Source: Anaeramoeba ignava BMAN
Taxonomy: Eukaryota > Protista > Anaeramoebae
Reading direction: 5' to 3'
Assembly: GCA_028826165.1 (NCBI GenBank)
Contig: JAPDFW010000136.1
Span: 496,001-560,000 of the forward strand
Length of the DNA stretch: 64,000 nt
Shown: piece by piece, positions 1 through 15,300 of the stretch
How the letters are laid out: every line of letters begins with the position of its first letter
How positions within the stretch are numbered: the first letter of the stretch is position 1
Position numbers and translations under genes: made by a program
The notes under the pieces: model-generated
What the model was told of the DNA's origin: nothing
Database searches by the model: none
What the model saw: the letters and a program-made list of their open reading frames with translations, nothing else

Positions 1-1153
1 TGTTTTTTGGAAATCATCAATTCCAAATTCCTGGAAATCACTATCCGAAATTGTTTCCATATCCTCATCTGGTGCAAAGGGAGGGATATCGTTCATCAAT
101 TCCTGGAAAGAAATAATTGTGCTAAAAGAGTCGCTGCGCTTGAGTTTTTCTGGCTGTCTTGATAGTTTAGGTGATTTGATCAAAGTGAGTCCATCCAAGG
201 CTGAAAAAAGCATTTGGTTCGATCCAAAATATGAATCTTTTCTATTTCGAGCTGAAATGAGCATTTCTCCAATTTGTTTCAGTTTTCTTTCTTCCGTTTT
301 TGAGTTTTGCATCGGTTTTTTGGTTTCGGTTGAAATTAATTTTTCTGATCTTAACGTTGAATTTGGAATTTCATTTTTATGTTGTTTTCCAAGAAGTCGA
401 GAAAAAAATCCTGGTTTTTTAGCAATTTTGTCTATTTTACTAATTACAAATTCTCCTGTATGAACCCATATGTACAATTCAGAAACGAATTTAATAATAT
501 ATTTTTCTTTTCCCTTGAAAATTATTTTATTATTATTTTTTTTTATTTAAGATCTTGTTTATTGAAAAATTTTTTTTGTCATTTCAAAGATCTTTCTTAT
601 TGAATTAAAAAACAATTTTTTTGGAAATTCAATTTTAATTTCAATTTCAATTTAATTCAATTTGAAATTTAATGATTTTTTTATCGAATTGAATTGAGAA
701 TTTTTTTTTTTATTTATTATTGAAAAAATTTTTTTTTACTTGAGAGAATTGTTTAATAGAACAAATATAACCTTTATATTGATGTTTTAATTCCTCAATA
801 ATTTTTTTGATTCTTGTTGTATTACTTTGAAATTTATTTAAATCTTCAATATTAATTCCTGGAAAAATTCTGTTTATAAGATGATATAAAACAAATCCAT
901 CCTAATCAAATAAATAAAAAAGCAATTTAAAATTGATAAAAGAATAAACTTAAAATCAAAAGAAAGTTTTTTTTACTTTGAAATCTTCATCGAAATTTGA
1001 TATTAATACTTGCTGTTTGCTATTAACCCAATCTATAAGAATTTCAAATGGAGAAGATTTTACTCTTTCTTGGTCTATATTTAATTTGAAATTAACTTTA
1101 TTAACCTCAGCTAATAAAATCATTAATTCTTGTGCATTTTTATTTCCTTTCAT
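1..1153 (-). CDS. Calponin-homology (CH) domain protein, 3' end beyond the window; exons 1153-977, 901-740, 513-<1
   Basis: GT-AG splicing joins ...LISNFDEDFK|DGFVLYHLINRIFPG...KQFSQ|GKEKYIIKFVSELYIW in frame, which has the CH-domain pattern (DFxDGxxLxxLI). The frame stays open to position 1. Confidence 0.7.
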
Positions 1154-1277
1154 TTTAATTTATTAATTTTTTAATTTATTTTCCAAACAAAGAAAAGCAA
1201 AAAAAAAAAGCAAAAAGAAAATAAAAAAAATAAAATTAAAAAAATCATTTTTTTTCCATTTTTTTTTTTAATCTTTT

Positions 1278-4075
<2,798 letters not shown>

Positions 4076-4256
4076 TTTTTTTTTAATAAAAAACAAAGAA
4101 GAAAAATGAAAAATGAAAAAATAATTTTTGGAAAGAAATCAATTCAATTTGATTTAATTGGAATTGATTAAAAAAATTGAATTGGAAATTGAAAAAAAAA
4201 AAGAAAAAAGGAAATTGAGAAAAGAGAAAAAGGAAATTAGAAATGAATTTTAGAAA

Positions 4257-7200
4257 TTATCTTGCAAACATTTCTTCAGTCCAAGTATGAAAATCATATC
4301 CATCTTCAACTTGTGGTGCTGTTTTCAAAACATATTCAATATCTTGATCATCCATAACTAATTCCATTAAATCTTTCTTAGCAACTTTAAATCCTCTGTT
4401 AATTAAAATGAATGAATTGATAATTTCATCTTTAGTATCTGTATCTCCAAAAAGAACAATCATGAAATCTTTAAATCTTTCATAAGAAATATCTTTTCCA
4501 TCTCCATATTCTTCCATAATTTTACTGATCTCTTTAGGTGTTCTTTCTTCTCCAAGTGAATATAAACATGCAGTAAGTTCTTTTCTATCAATAGTTCCTG
4601 AATTATCAAAATCAAATTGTTTGAAATTTTCTTCAATTTCTTGCATTTGTTCTGCAGTAATTCCTCGAAGTTTTTGATGTTCAATTTCTTCTTCAAGCAT
4701 TTTCTTTTTACGTTTCAAAAAGTTTTCATATTGCTTCCATTGAACTTCAAGATCTTTAAGAGTTAAAGTTGTGTGTCTGTTGTTTTGAATTCCTGCTTTA
4801 TCCATTTTATCTTGAAGATCTTTTAAAGGATTAAGTCTTTTACCTTCAGAACTTAATCCTGAAATAAGTTTATCAACGAATCCAAGTTGGGTTTCAAGTG
4901 TTTCCTTTGAAGCTGTGATTTTATCTTTTTGTTCTGTAATCCATTTTGAGAAAGGATCAGCTGTTTCTGCAAATTTCTTACATAATGCATCATTATCTCT
5001 TTGTCTTTTAAGTTCAACTTCATATGCTTGTGTTCTTTCTGAAAGAGCTGTTTTTAATGAGTCAAATGATTTCTCCAAATCATCAAGTGTTAAAGATGTA
5101 TAAGGATTATTAACTACTTTGTATTGATCAAGTTCTTTTTTGATATTATCATATCCGTTTTTCTTATTGTTTGCATTTTCCAAAACTTGTTTATCGGTAT
5201 CATCAATAACTTTTCTGTAAGCTTCAACTTCTTCCAAAGTGAATCCAAATTCTCTTAAACTTGCATTTTCAACTTCCAATTTGATAAACTCAATAAATTC
5301 AGAAGCAGCATTAGCAAAAGCAAGTCTAAGTTGTTCTTTCTTTGTTTCTACTCTCAAAGATTCATCAAGATATTCTTTTTTGGATTTTGAAAACTGTGCT
5401 AATTGATTGAATTTATTACCCATATCATCATGTCTGTTTGTGATATCTTCTGATTGAATTTGCCCAAATGTTTTGTCTTGATATTGAGTTTCATGATAAA
5501 CATATTCTGAAAATTCTGTTTGATATTTTTGATTCAATGTGTCTTCTCCAAGTTTCTTGAATTCAACAAGATCATTTGCTTTATAAGTGTTGTAATCATT
5601 GGAATATATTGCATATAAATTCAACTGAGTGTTTGCTTCACTAACTGAATTGATTTTCTCTCTCTTGTTGAAATATGTTTTCTGATCCTCAAACCAAACC
5701 TTTAATTTTTGGAATCTATCTTCATGTTCAGTATTCATTCTCAAAACAGAAAGAATAAACTCTTCTCGTTTCAAATGATCATCAAGAACAGCTTTCTTTT
5801 GTTTAGCAAATTCTTCTAATTCTTTGAATTTATTATCCATATCATCATGTCTGTTTGTGATATCAGAGAATTGGTTTTTTCCAAATGTTTTGCCTTGATA
5901 TTTAGTTTGGTTGTAAATGTATTCGGAAAATTTTGTTTGATATTTTTGTTTCAATGTTTCTTCTCCAAGTTTCTTAAATTCAACAAGATTTTTTGCTTGA
6001 TATTTCTTGTATTCTTTAATATATGAATTGAAAATATCTAAATTCTTTGAAGCTTCTGGAACTGAATTGATTTCTTCCATTGTTTCCAAATAGGCTTTTT
6101 TGATTTCAAACCATTTCGCAAGTTGTTCGTGTTTGTTTTTATGTTCATCATTCATTTGTCTTACTTTTTCAATAAATTCTTCTCGTTTTAAATGATCATC
6201 AAGAATAGGTCTTTTGATTTTATCTAATTCATCAAGTTCTTTGAATTTATTATCGATATCTTTATCATGTTCTTCAATTTTAGTTTGATATTCATATTTC
6301 TCTTTCTTTAATTCAGCTGATAATTTCTTTAAATTAGCAACTCCAGTATTGATCATTGTTTGATTTTCTTTTTCATATCGATCTAAAAGACTTAATTGGA
6401 AATAAGCTGCAGAAACTGAATCAATTTCTTCTCTAAATTCAAGATATGCTTTCTTTTGTTTGTAATATTCAACTAATTTGTTGTATCTTGATTCATGTTG
6501 TTTGGAAATGTTAACAAGTTTGATTTGTCGATTTAATTCTGCATGAAGTGCTACTTTTCTTTCTTGTTCACATTCTTCTAAATGTAACATATCTTGGGCA
6601 ACTTCTTTTAATGAACATCCTTTTTCAGGTTTAAATTCTGGTCTTTTGTGATGTGATAATCTCATTGCTAAATTGTTATAATTTGATTCAAGATCTAATT
6701 GATCTGCAATTAATGAATTTTTATCTTTAGCTTTATATTCATAAAATTGTTCTAATCTTCTTTTAGCTCCAGCCATTGTATTATCTATTGTTCGATCTTC
6801 AAGAATCTTTTCAACTTTCTTAACAGTTGCTTTGAAATTGTTTGCTGTTTTGTTATATTCTGCTTTGAGTCTATCGTTTTCTTTGGTTAAAACGATCAAT
6901 TTCTTGATTCTTCTTGCTGCTAAATCAAGTTTTCTTTGTTCTGCAATTCCATAATAATATTCACTAACATAAATAACCATTGAATTTTCATCTAATTTTC
7001 TAATTTCATCAGGTGTAATATATTTTTCCAATCCAAAATATTTCTCAGCTGCATCTTGTGCAATTTCTAAATTCTTGATAGGATCATTTGAATTTAAACT
7101 ATTCCAATCAATTAATTTTGGTCTGTGCTTGTGAATAATTGCACATAAAGCTAATCCATCTGCAAAACTCTTTTTAAAATCAGTAACTTCAACATTTTTA

Positions 7201-7661
7201 TAACTTGCAGTTTTGTTTTTACACCACATTAATAATGCATCTTTGGCATTTAGTGATTCACCTCCACTTTCATCATCAATTTTAATAAATTTCATCATAA
7301 TTCCCCAAGTTAAAGCTAATGCTGCTTTTTGATCACCTGCTTCTATTTGTTCTGCTGATGGTTTTACTTTCATATCAACTCCTTTACTCCATGCAAATTT
7401 CAAAGCATTGTTTAAATTATCAATTCTGTGAACTGACATTTTAGGTCTTAAATTGTATTTTCCTTCAAATTTTGATTCACTTAAAACTTCAATTAAATTC
7501 ATTAAAACCAATCCATCTTTATAATCATCTACAATATCATTTATTCGCATTTCTGGTCTTGTTCTTAATAATTTCTGTTTAACCCATCTTGAAAAAATTT
7601 TTCTTTGTAATCTTACCCATTCTTGATTTCTTGGTCCAGTAGTTCTTCCAGTTCTTGACAT
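4257..7661 (-). CDS. Alpha-actinin-like actin cross-linker, paralog 1 (1134 aa, intronless): CH-CH actin-binding domain, extended rod with two 139-aa repeats, C-terminal EF hands
   Basis: CH pair: QRKIFSRWV, DGLVLMNLIEVLS, KDALLMWCKNKT, FADGLALCAIIHKHRP. EF hand: FKQFDFDNSGTIDRKELTACLYSLG. The C-terminus is actinin-like (GYDFHTWTEEMF). Confidence 0.9.
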   Translation of the reverse strand: MSRTGRTTGPRNQEWVRLQRKIFSRWVKQKLLRTRPEMRINDIVDDYKDGLVLMNLIEVLSESKFEGKYNLRPKMSVHRIDNLNNALKFAWSKGVDMKVKPSAEQIEAGDQKAALALTWGIMMKFIKIDDESGGESLNAKDALLMWCKNKTASYKNVEVTDFKKSFADGLALCAIIHKHRPKLIDWNSLNSNDPIKNLEIAQDAAEKYFGLEKYITPDEIRKLDENSMVIYVSEYYYGIAEQRKLDLAARRIKKLIVLTKENDRLKAEYNKTANNFKATVKKVEKILEDRTIDNTMAGAKRRLEQFYEYKAKDKNSLIADQLDLESNYNNLAMRLSHHKRPEFKPEKGCSLKEVAQDMLHLEECEQERKVALHAELNRQIKLVNISKQHESRYNKLVEYYKQKKAYLEFREEIDSVSAAYFQLSLLDRYEKENQTMINTGVANLKKLSAELKKEKYEYQTKIEEHDKDIDNKFKELDELDKIKRPILDDHLKREEFIEKVRQMNDEHKNKHEQLAKWFEIKKAYLETMEEINSVPEASKNLDIFNSYIKEYKKYQAKNLVEFKKLGEETLKQKYQTKFSEYIYNQTKYQGKTFGKNQFSDITNRHDDMDNKFKELEEFAKQKKAVLDDHLKREEFILSVLRMNTEHEDRFQKLKVWFEDQKTYFNKREKINSVSEANTQLNLYAIYSNDYNTYKANDLVEFKKLGEDTLNQKYQTEFSEYVYHETQYQDKTFGQIQSEDITNRHDDMGNKFNQLAQFSKSKKEYLDESLRVETKKEQLRLAFANAASEFIEFIKLEVENASLREFGFTLEEVEAYRKVIDDTDKQVLENANNKKNGYDNIKKELDQYKVVNNPYTSLTLDDLEKSFDSLKTALSERTQAYEVELKRQRDNDALCKKFAETADPFSKWITEQKDKITASKETLETQLGFVDKLISGLSSEGKRLNPLKDLQDKMDKAGIQNNRHTTLTLKDLEVQWKQYENFLKRKKKMLEEEIEHQKLRGITAEQMQEIEENFKQFDFDNSGTIDRKELTACLYSLGEERTPKEISKIMEEYGDGKDISYERFKDFMIVLFGDTDTKDEIINSFILINRGFKVAKKDLMELVMDDQDIEYVLKTAPQVEDGYDFHTWTEEMFAR

Positions 7662-7984
7662 TTTTTCTTATTATTAAATTAATTTAAATTTTAAATTAAA
7701 AATGAAAAAAATGAAAAAATAAAAAAAAAATTTATTTTAAATAAAAAATTTTTGCCTTCCTTTATTAATTTTTTATTTATTTAAAATTTTTTTTTTTTTG
7801 CTTTTTTTTTCTTTTTTTTGTTTTTTTAATTTAAAATTAAATAAAAATTGATTAAAAAATTTGAATTGGAAAAAATTTTTTTAATTGGAATTGATTAAAA
7901 AAATTGAATTGGAAATTGAAAAAAAAAAAGAAAAAAAGGAAATTGAGAAAAGAAAAAAAGGAAATTAGAAATGAATTTTAGAAA

Positions 7985-10900
7985 TTATCTTGCAAACATT
8001 TCTTCAGTCCAAGTATGGAAATCATATCCATCTTCAACTTGTGGTGCTGTTTTCAAAACATATTCAATATCTTGATCATCCATAACTAATTCCATTAAAT
8101 CTTTCTTAGCAACTTTAAATCCTCTGTTAATTAAAATGAATGAATTGATAATTTCATCTTTAGTATCTGTATCTCCAAAAAGAACAATCATAAAATCTTT
8201 AAATCTTTCATAAGAAATATCTTTTCCATCTCCATATTCTTCCATGATTTTACTGATTTCTTTAGGTGTTCTTTCTTCTCCAAGTGAATATAAACATGCA
8301 GTAAGTTCTTTTCTATCAATAGTTCCTGAATTATCAAAATCAAATTGTTTGAAATTTTCTTCAATTTCTTGCATTTGTTCTGCAGTGATTCCTCGAAGTT
8401 TTTGATGTTCAATTTCTTCTTCAAGCATTTTCTTTTTACGTTTCAAAAAGTTTTCATATTGTTGCCATTGAACTTCAAGATCTTTAAGAGTTAAAGTTGT
8501 GTGTCTATTGTTTTGAATTCCTGCTTTATCCATTTTATCTTGAAGATCTTTTAAAGGATTAAGTCTTTTACCTTCAGAACTTAATCCTGAAATAAGTTTA
8601 TCAACGAATCCAAGTTGAGTTTCAAGTGTTTCCTTTGAAGCTGTGATTTTATCTTTTTGTTCTGTAATCCATTTTGAGAAAGGATCAGCTGTTTCTGCAA
8701 ATTTCTTACATAATGCATCATTATCTCTTTGTCTTTTAAGTTCAACTTCATATGCTTGTGTTCTTTCTGAAAGAGCTGTTTTTAATGAGTTAAGTGATTT
8801 CTCCAAATCATCAAGTGTTAAAGATGTATAAGGATTATTAACTACTTTGTATTGATCAAGTTCTTTTTTGATATTTTCACATCCTTTTTTCTTATTGTTT
8901 GCATTTTCCAAAACTTGTTTATCGGTATCATCAATAACTTTTCTGTAAGCTTCAACTTCTTCCAAAGTGAATCCAAATTCTCTTAAACTTGCATTTTCAA
9001 CTTCCAATTTGATAAACTCAATAAATTCAGAAACAGCATTAGCAAAAGCAAGTCGAAGTTCTTCTTTCTTTGTTTCCAATTTCAAGCACTCATCAAGATA
9101 TTCTTTTTTGGATTTTGAAAACTCAGTTAGTTGATTGAATTTATTATCCATATCATCATGTCTGCTTGTGATATCTTCTGTTTGAATTTTTCCAAATGTT
9201 TTGCCTTGATATTTAGTTTCGTTGTAAACATATTCTGAAAATTTGGTTTGATATTGCTGATTCAAAGTTTCCTCGCCGAATTTCTTTAATTCCTCAAATT
9301 CATTTTGATGATAATTTGAGTATTCCTTCAAATAAACATCGAATAAATTCAATCTTGTTTTGGCTTCAGAAACTGAGTTTATTTCTTCTCTTGCTTCCAA
9401 ATAAGCCTTTTTGACTTCAAACCATTCAATAAGTTTTTTGTGTTTGTCATCATGTTCAGTGTTCATTTGACCAACAGAAACAATAAATTCTTCTCGTTTC
9501 AAATGATCATCAAGAATTTCCTTCTTTTTTTAGCAAATTCTTTTAATGCTTTGAATTTACTATCCATATCATCATGTCTGTTTGTGATATCTTCTGATTG
9601 AATTTTTCCAAATGTTTTGCCTTGATATTTAGTTTCGTGATAAACATATTCTGAAAATTTGGTTTGATATTTTTGTTTCAATGTGTCTTCTCCAAGTTTC
9701 TTGAATTCAGCAAGCTCATTTGCTTCATGACTATCGTAATCATTGGAATATATTGCATATAAATTCAACTGAGTGTTTGCTTCACTAACTGAATTGATTT
9801 CTTCCTTGATGCTGAAATATGCTTTCTGATCCTCAAACCAAACCTTTAATTTTTGGAATCTATCTTCATGTTCAGTATTCATTCTCAAAACAGAAACAAT
9901 AAACTCTTCTCGTTTCAAATGATCATCAAGAATTTCCTTCTTTTTTTTAGCAAATTCTTCTAATTCTTTGAATTTATTATCCATATCATCGTGTCTGTTT
10001 GTGATATCCTTTGATCGAATTTCTCGGAATGTTTTCCCTTGATATTTAGTTTGATCATAAACATATTCGGAAAATTCTGTTTGATATTTTTGTTTCAATG
10101 TGTCTTCTCCAAGTTTCTTGAATTCAACAAGATTTTTTGCTTGATATTTCTTGTATTCGTTAACATATGAATTGAAAATATCTAATTGTTTTGAAGCTTC
10201 TGGAACTGAATTGATTTCTTCCATTGTTTCCAAATATTTCTTCTTTGAATCAAACCATTTGATCAATTTCTTATGTTTATCATCATGCTCATGGTTCATT
10301 CTTCTGACTTTTTCAATAAATTCTTCTCGTTTCAAATGATCATCAAGAACAGCTTTCTTTTTTTTAGCAAATTCTTCTAATTCTTTGAATTTATTATCCA
10401 TATCATCGTGTCTATCAGTAATATCAGAGAATTGATTTTTTCCAAATGTTTTGCCTTGATATTTAGTTTCATTGTAAATGTATTCGGAATATTTTGTTTG
10501 ATATTTTTGTTTCATTGTTTCTTCTCCGAAATTCTTAAATTCAACAAGATTTTTTGCTTGATATTTCTTGTATTCTTTAATATATGAATTGAAAATATCT
10601 AAATTCTTTGAAGCTTCTGGAACTGAATTGATAACTTCCATTGTTTCCAAATAGGCTTTTTTGATTTCAAACCATTTCAAAAGTTGTTCGTGTTTGTTTT
10701 TATGTTCATCATTCATTTGTCTTACTTTTTCAATAAATTCTTCTCGTTTTAAATGATCATCAAGAATAGGTCTTTTGATTTTATCTAATTCATCAAGTTC
10801 TTTGAATTTATTATCAATATCTTTATCATGTTCTTCAATTTTAGTTTGATATTCATATTTCTCTTTCTTTAATTCAGCTGATAATTTCTTTAAATTAGCA

Positions 10901-12219
10901 ACTCCAGTATTGATCATTGTTTGATTTTCTTTTTCATATCGATCTAAAAGACTTAATTGGAAATAAGCTGCAGAAACTGAATCAATTTCTTCTCTAAATT
11001 CAAGATATGCTTTCTTTTGTTTGTAATATTCAACTAATTTGTTGTATCTTGATTCATGTTGTTTGGAAATGTTAACAAGTTTGATTTGTCGATTTAATTC
11101 TGCATGAAGTGCTACTTTTCTTTCTTGTTCACATTCTTCTAAATGTAACATATCTTGAGCAACTTCTTTTAATGAGCATCCTTTTTCAGGTTTAAATTCT
11201 GGTCTTTTGTGATGTGATAATCTCATTGCTAAATTGTTATAATTTGATTCAAGATCTAATTGATCTGCAATTAATGAATTTTTATCTTTAGCTTTGTATT
11301 CGTAAAATTGTTCTAATCTTCTTTTAGCTCCAGCCATTGTATTATCTATTGTTCGATCTTCAAGAATCTTTTCAACTTTCTTAACAGTTGCTTTGAAATT
11401 GTTTGCTGTTTTGTTATATTCTGCTTTGAGTCTATCGTTTTCTTTGGTTAAAATGATTAATTTCTTGATTCTTCTTGCTGCTAAATCAAGTTTCCTTTGT
11501 TCTGCAATTCCATAATAATATTCACTAACGTAAACAACCATTGAATTTTCATCTAATTTTCTAATTTCATCAGGTGTAATATATTTTTCCAATCCAAAAT
11601 ATTTCTCAGCTGCATCTTGTGCAATTTCTAAATTCTTGATAGGATCATTTGAATTTAAACTATTCCAATCAATTAATTTTGGTCTGTGCTTGTGAATAAT
11701 TGCACATAAAGCTAATCCATCTGCAAAACTCTTTTTAAAATCAGTAACTTCAACACCTTTATAACTTGCAGTTTTGTTTTTACACCACATTAATAATGCA
11801 TCTTTGGCATTTAATGATTCACCTCCACTTTCATCATCAATTTTAATATATTTCATCATAATTCCCCAAGTTAAAGCTAATGCTGCTCTTGCATCACCTT
11901 TTTCTAATTGTTCTGCTGATGGTTTTACTTTCATATTAACTCCTTTACTCCATGCAAATTTCAAAGCATTGTTTAAGTTATCAATTCTGTGAACTGGCAT
12001 TCTAGGTTTTGGATTGATTTTTCCTTCATATTTTGATTCACTTAAAACTTCAATTAAATTCATTAAAACCAATCCATCTCTATAATCATCTACAACATCA
12101 TTTATTTGAATTTCTGGTCTTGTTATTAATAATTTCTGTTTAACCCATCTTGAGAAAATTTTTCTTTGTAACATAATCCATTCTTGACTTTTTGGTACAG
12201 TTATTCCAGTTCTTCTCAT
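7985..12219 (-). CDS. Alpha-actinin-like paralog 2 (about 1411 aa, intronless, four 139-aa rod repeats), split in the ORF track by a 1-bp homopolymer frameshift at 9525-9531
   Basis: ORFs 9499-12219 and 7985-9502 are colinear with paralog 1. The T run at 9525-9531 has 7 T, whereas the equivalent run in the next repeat (9941-9948) has 8 T. Adding one base restores a single ORF. Confidence 0.85.
9075..10750 (-). repeat. 417-bp (139-aa) coding tandem repeat, about 4 copies in actinin paralog 2 and 2 copies in paralog 1 (about 5350-6190)
   Basis: The LDDHLKREEFI anchor (plus strand TTCTCGTTT) recurs at 9491, 9907, 10324 and 10741, and at 5763 and 6180. Confidence 0.9.
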
Positions 12220-12350
12220 TTTTATTTAAATAAAAATAAAAAGGAAAAAAATGGAATTTCATTTTTTAAATTTTTTTTATTTAATTTTTTCTTTTTTTTT
12301 AATAAAAAAATAAAATTTTTCAATTCAGTTCAAATTAACTGAAATTTATT

Positions 12351-15300
12351 TTAATTATTTTTTGGTCTAATTCCAAGTTCTGCAAGTCTTTTAATTTGTT
12401 CTTTAATTTTATTTTCCCAATCTTGTTTTTGTTCTTCATTATTACAATAAATAGTATAACCTTTTTTACTTCCAAAAGGAAAAATTTGGAAAGCGAATTC
12501 TAAAAGAATTTTTTTTAAATAAATAATTTAAATATTTTAATTTAAATAATTGGATTTAAATATTTGATTTTAATATTTAATTTAAATATTTTAATATTTG
12601 ATTTAAATATTTTATTTATATATTTGATTTAAATATTTTTGATTTAAATATTTGATTTTAATATATTGATTTAAATATTGATTTAAATAATTGATTTAAA
12701 TAATGAATTTAAATATATATTTGATTTAAATATTTTAATATTTTGATTTAAATATTTTATTTAATATTTGATTTAAATATGAAATATTTGATTTAAATAT
12801 TGGTGATTTAAATATTTTGGATTTAAATATATTGATTTAAAATATATTGATTTTAAATATTTGATTTAAATATTTGATTTAAATATTTGGTTTAAATATT
12901 TGATTTAAATATTTGATTTTAAATTTAAAAAAATAAAAATTTAAATATTGATTTTAAATATTTGATTTTAAAATTGATTTTAAATATTTTTTAAAATATT
13001 TAATTATTTTATTTATTTTAAAATTTAAATAATTTAAAATTTGATTTAAATATATTTGATTTAAATCTTATTTTTTAAATAAATTGATTTAATTTAAATA
13101 TTTTTTAAATATATTTGAAATATTTTAAAAATTTTAAATTTAAATATTTTATTTGATTTAAAATATTTTAATTTAAAATATTTTGATTTGAAAAATTTGA
13201 TTTAAATTTAAATATTTGATTTTAATTTAAATATTTGATTTTAAAAAATATTTGATTAAAAATATTTGATTTAAATATTTGATTTAAATATTTGATTTAA
13301 ATATTTGATTTTTTTGATTTAAATATTTGATTTAAAATATTTGATTTTAAATATTTGATTTAAAATTTGATTATTTGATTTAAATATTTGATTTAAATAT
13401 TTGATTTAAATATTTGATTTAAATATATTTGATTTAAATATTTGATTTAAAACGTATTTGATTTAAATATTTGATTTTAAATATTTGATTTAAATATTTT
13501 AAATTTAAAATATTTAAATATTGGATTTAAATATTTGATTTAAATATTTGATTTTAAATATTTGATTTAAATATTTTTTAAATATATTTGATTTAAAATA
13601 TTTTTTGATTTAAAAATATTATTTAAAGATTTAAATATTTTTAAATATTTTGATTTAAATATTTGATTTAAATATTTGATTTAAAAATATTTGATTTAAA
13701 TATTTTTGATTTAAATTTAAATATTTGATTTAAATATTTGATTTTAAATATTTGATTTTAAATAAATTTAAATTTAAATATTTGATTTAAATATTTGATT
13801 TAAAAATATTTGATTTAAAAATATTTAAATATTTTTAAATATATTGATTTAAATATTTGATTTAAATATTTAAAAATATTTGATTTTAAAATATTTGATT
13901 TAAGATTTAAATATTTTGATTTAGCATTGATTTAAATATATTTGATTTAAATATTTGATTTAAATATTTGATTTATTTGATTTTGAATATTTTATTTAAA
14001 ATATGAATATTTGAATATAAAAGATTTAAATATTTTGATTTAAATATTTGATTTAAAATATTTGATTTAAATATATTTAAATATTTTTTTAATTTTAAAT
14101 ATTGATTTAAAAATTTATTTGATTTAAAATATTTGATTTAAAATATTTGATTTAAATATTTTTGATTTAAATATATTTAATTTTAAATATTTGATTTAAA
14201 ATATTTTTGATTTAAATATTTGATTTAAATATTTGATTTAAATATTTGATTTAAAATATTTTTGATTTAAATATTTTAAATATTTGATTAAAATATTTGA
14301 TTTTAAATATTTGATTTAAGATTTTAAATATTTGATTTAAAATATTTGATTTAAAATATTTGATTTAAATATTTGATTTTAAAATATTTGATTTAAATAT
14401 TTGATTTAAATATTTGATTTAAATATTTGATTTAAATATTTGATTTAAGATTTAAATATTTGATTTAAATATTTGATTTTAATATTAGATTTAAATATTT
14501 AATTTAAATATTTGATTTAAATATTTGATTTAAGATTTAAATATTTGATTTAAGATTTAAATATTTGATTTAAATATTTGATTTAAATATTTGAATATGA
14601 ATATTTGAATATGAATATTTGAATATGAATATTTGAATATGAATATTTGAATATGAATATTTGATTTAAATATTTGAATATGAATATTTGATTTAAGATT
14701 TAAATATTTTAATTTAAATATAAGATTTAAATATTTTAATTTAAATATTTGATTTAAATATTTTAATATGAATATTTGATTTAAGATTTAAAGATTTAAA
14801 GATTTAAATATTTGATTTGAATTTTAATTGTACCCTCAGAAGTAATTTCCCTCACATAAGATTCAGCAAGATACAAATGACCTTTATATTGATATTTCTT
14901 TTTTTTAGAAGTCCAAGAAAGCTTCCCATAAACAATAACATCAGTAAACAACCAGAACTGCCTTTCTTGGATTCTTCTGACTGATTTCTTTTTGAGTGTC
15001 GCTTCCTGAATAAATTGTCTTGTTGGCTGAACGAGCTCAAATGATTTTGGAATACCAGCAAGTCTTGTCAAAATTTCAACAACAATCATAGATTGCTCAG
15101 CAGATCGCTGTCTCTCATTGACGTATTCAGCAACGTGATAGAGAGCCTGGTAAGCCTTAAACAAGTCCTGGAAATCAGGATAAGTAGGGTCTGTTCCTTT
15201 GAGCAATTCCTTGAAAATCAATGGATATTTGCAAATGCGCTGAATGGGCTTAATCAACAAATCAAGAATGCCTAATCCTCCGCATTCAGCCACATTCTCC

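Noticed and set aside
9520-9535. Programmed frameshift or pseudogenisation of actinin paralog 2
   Set aside because: There is a single missing base in a T homopolymer relative to the sister repeat, which is typical of long-read consensus error. The rest of the gene is intact.
12900-14300. Irregular centres of the long intronic arrays (also DNPEP, RhoGAP and RPC34) as biological decay gradients
   Set aside because: Regular edges with noisy middles are what unpolished long-read consensus would give where short reads cannot map. This cannot be interpreted without raw reads.
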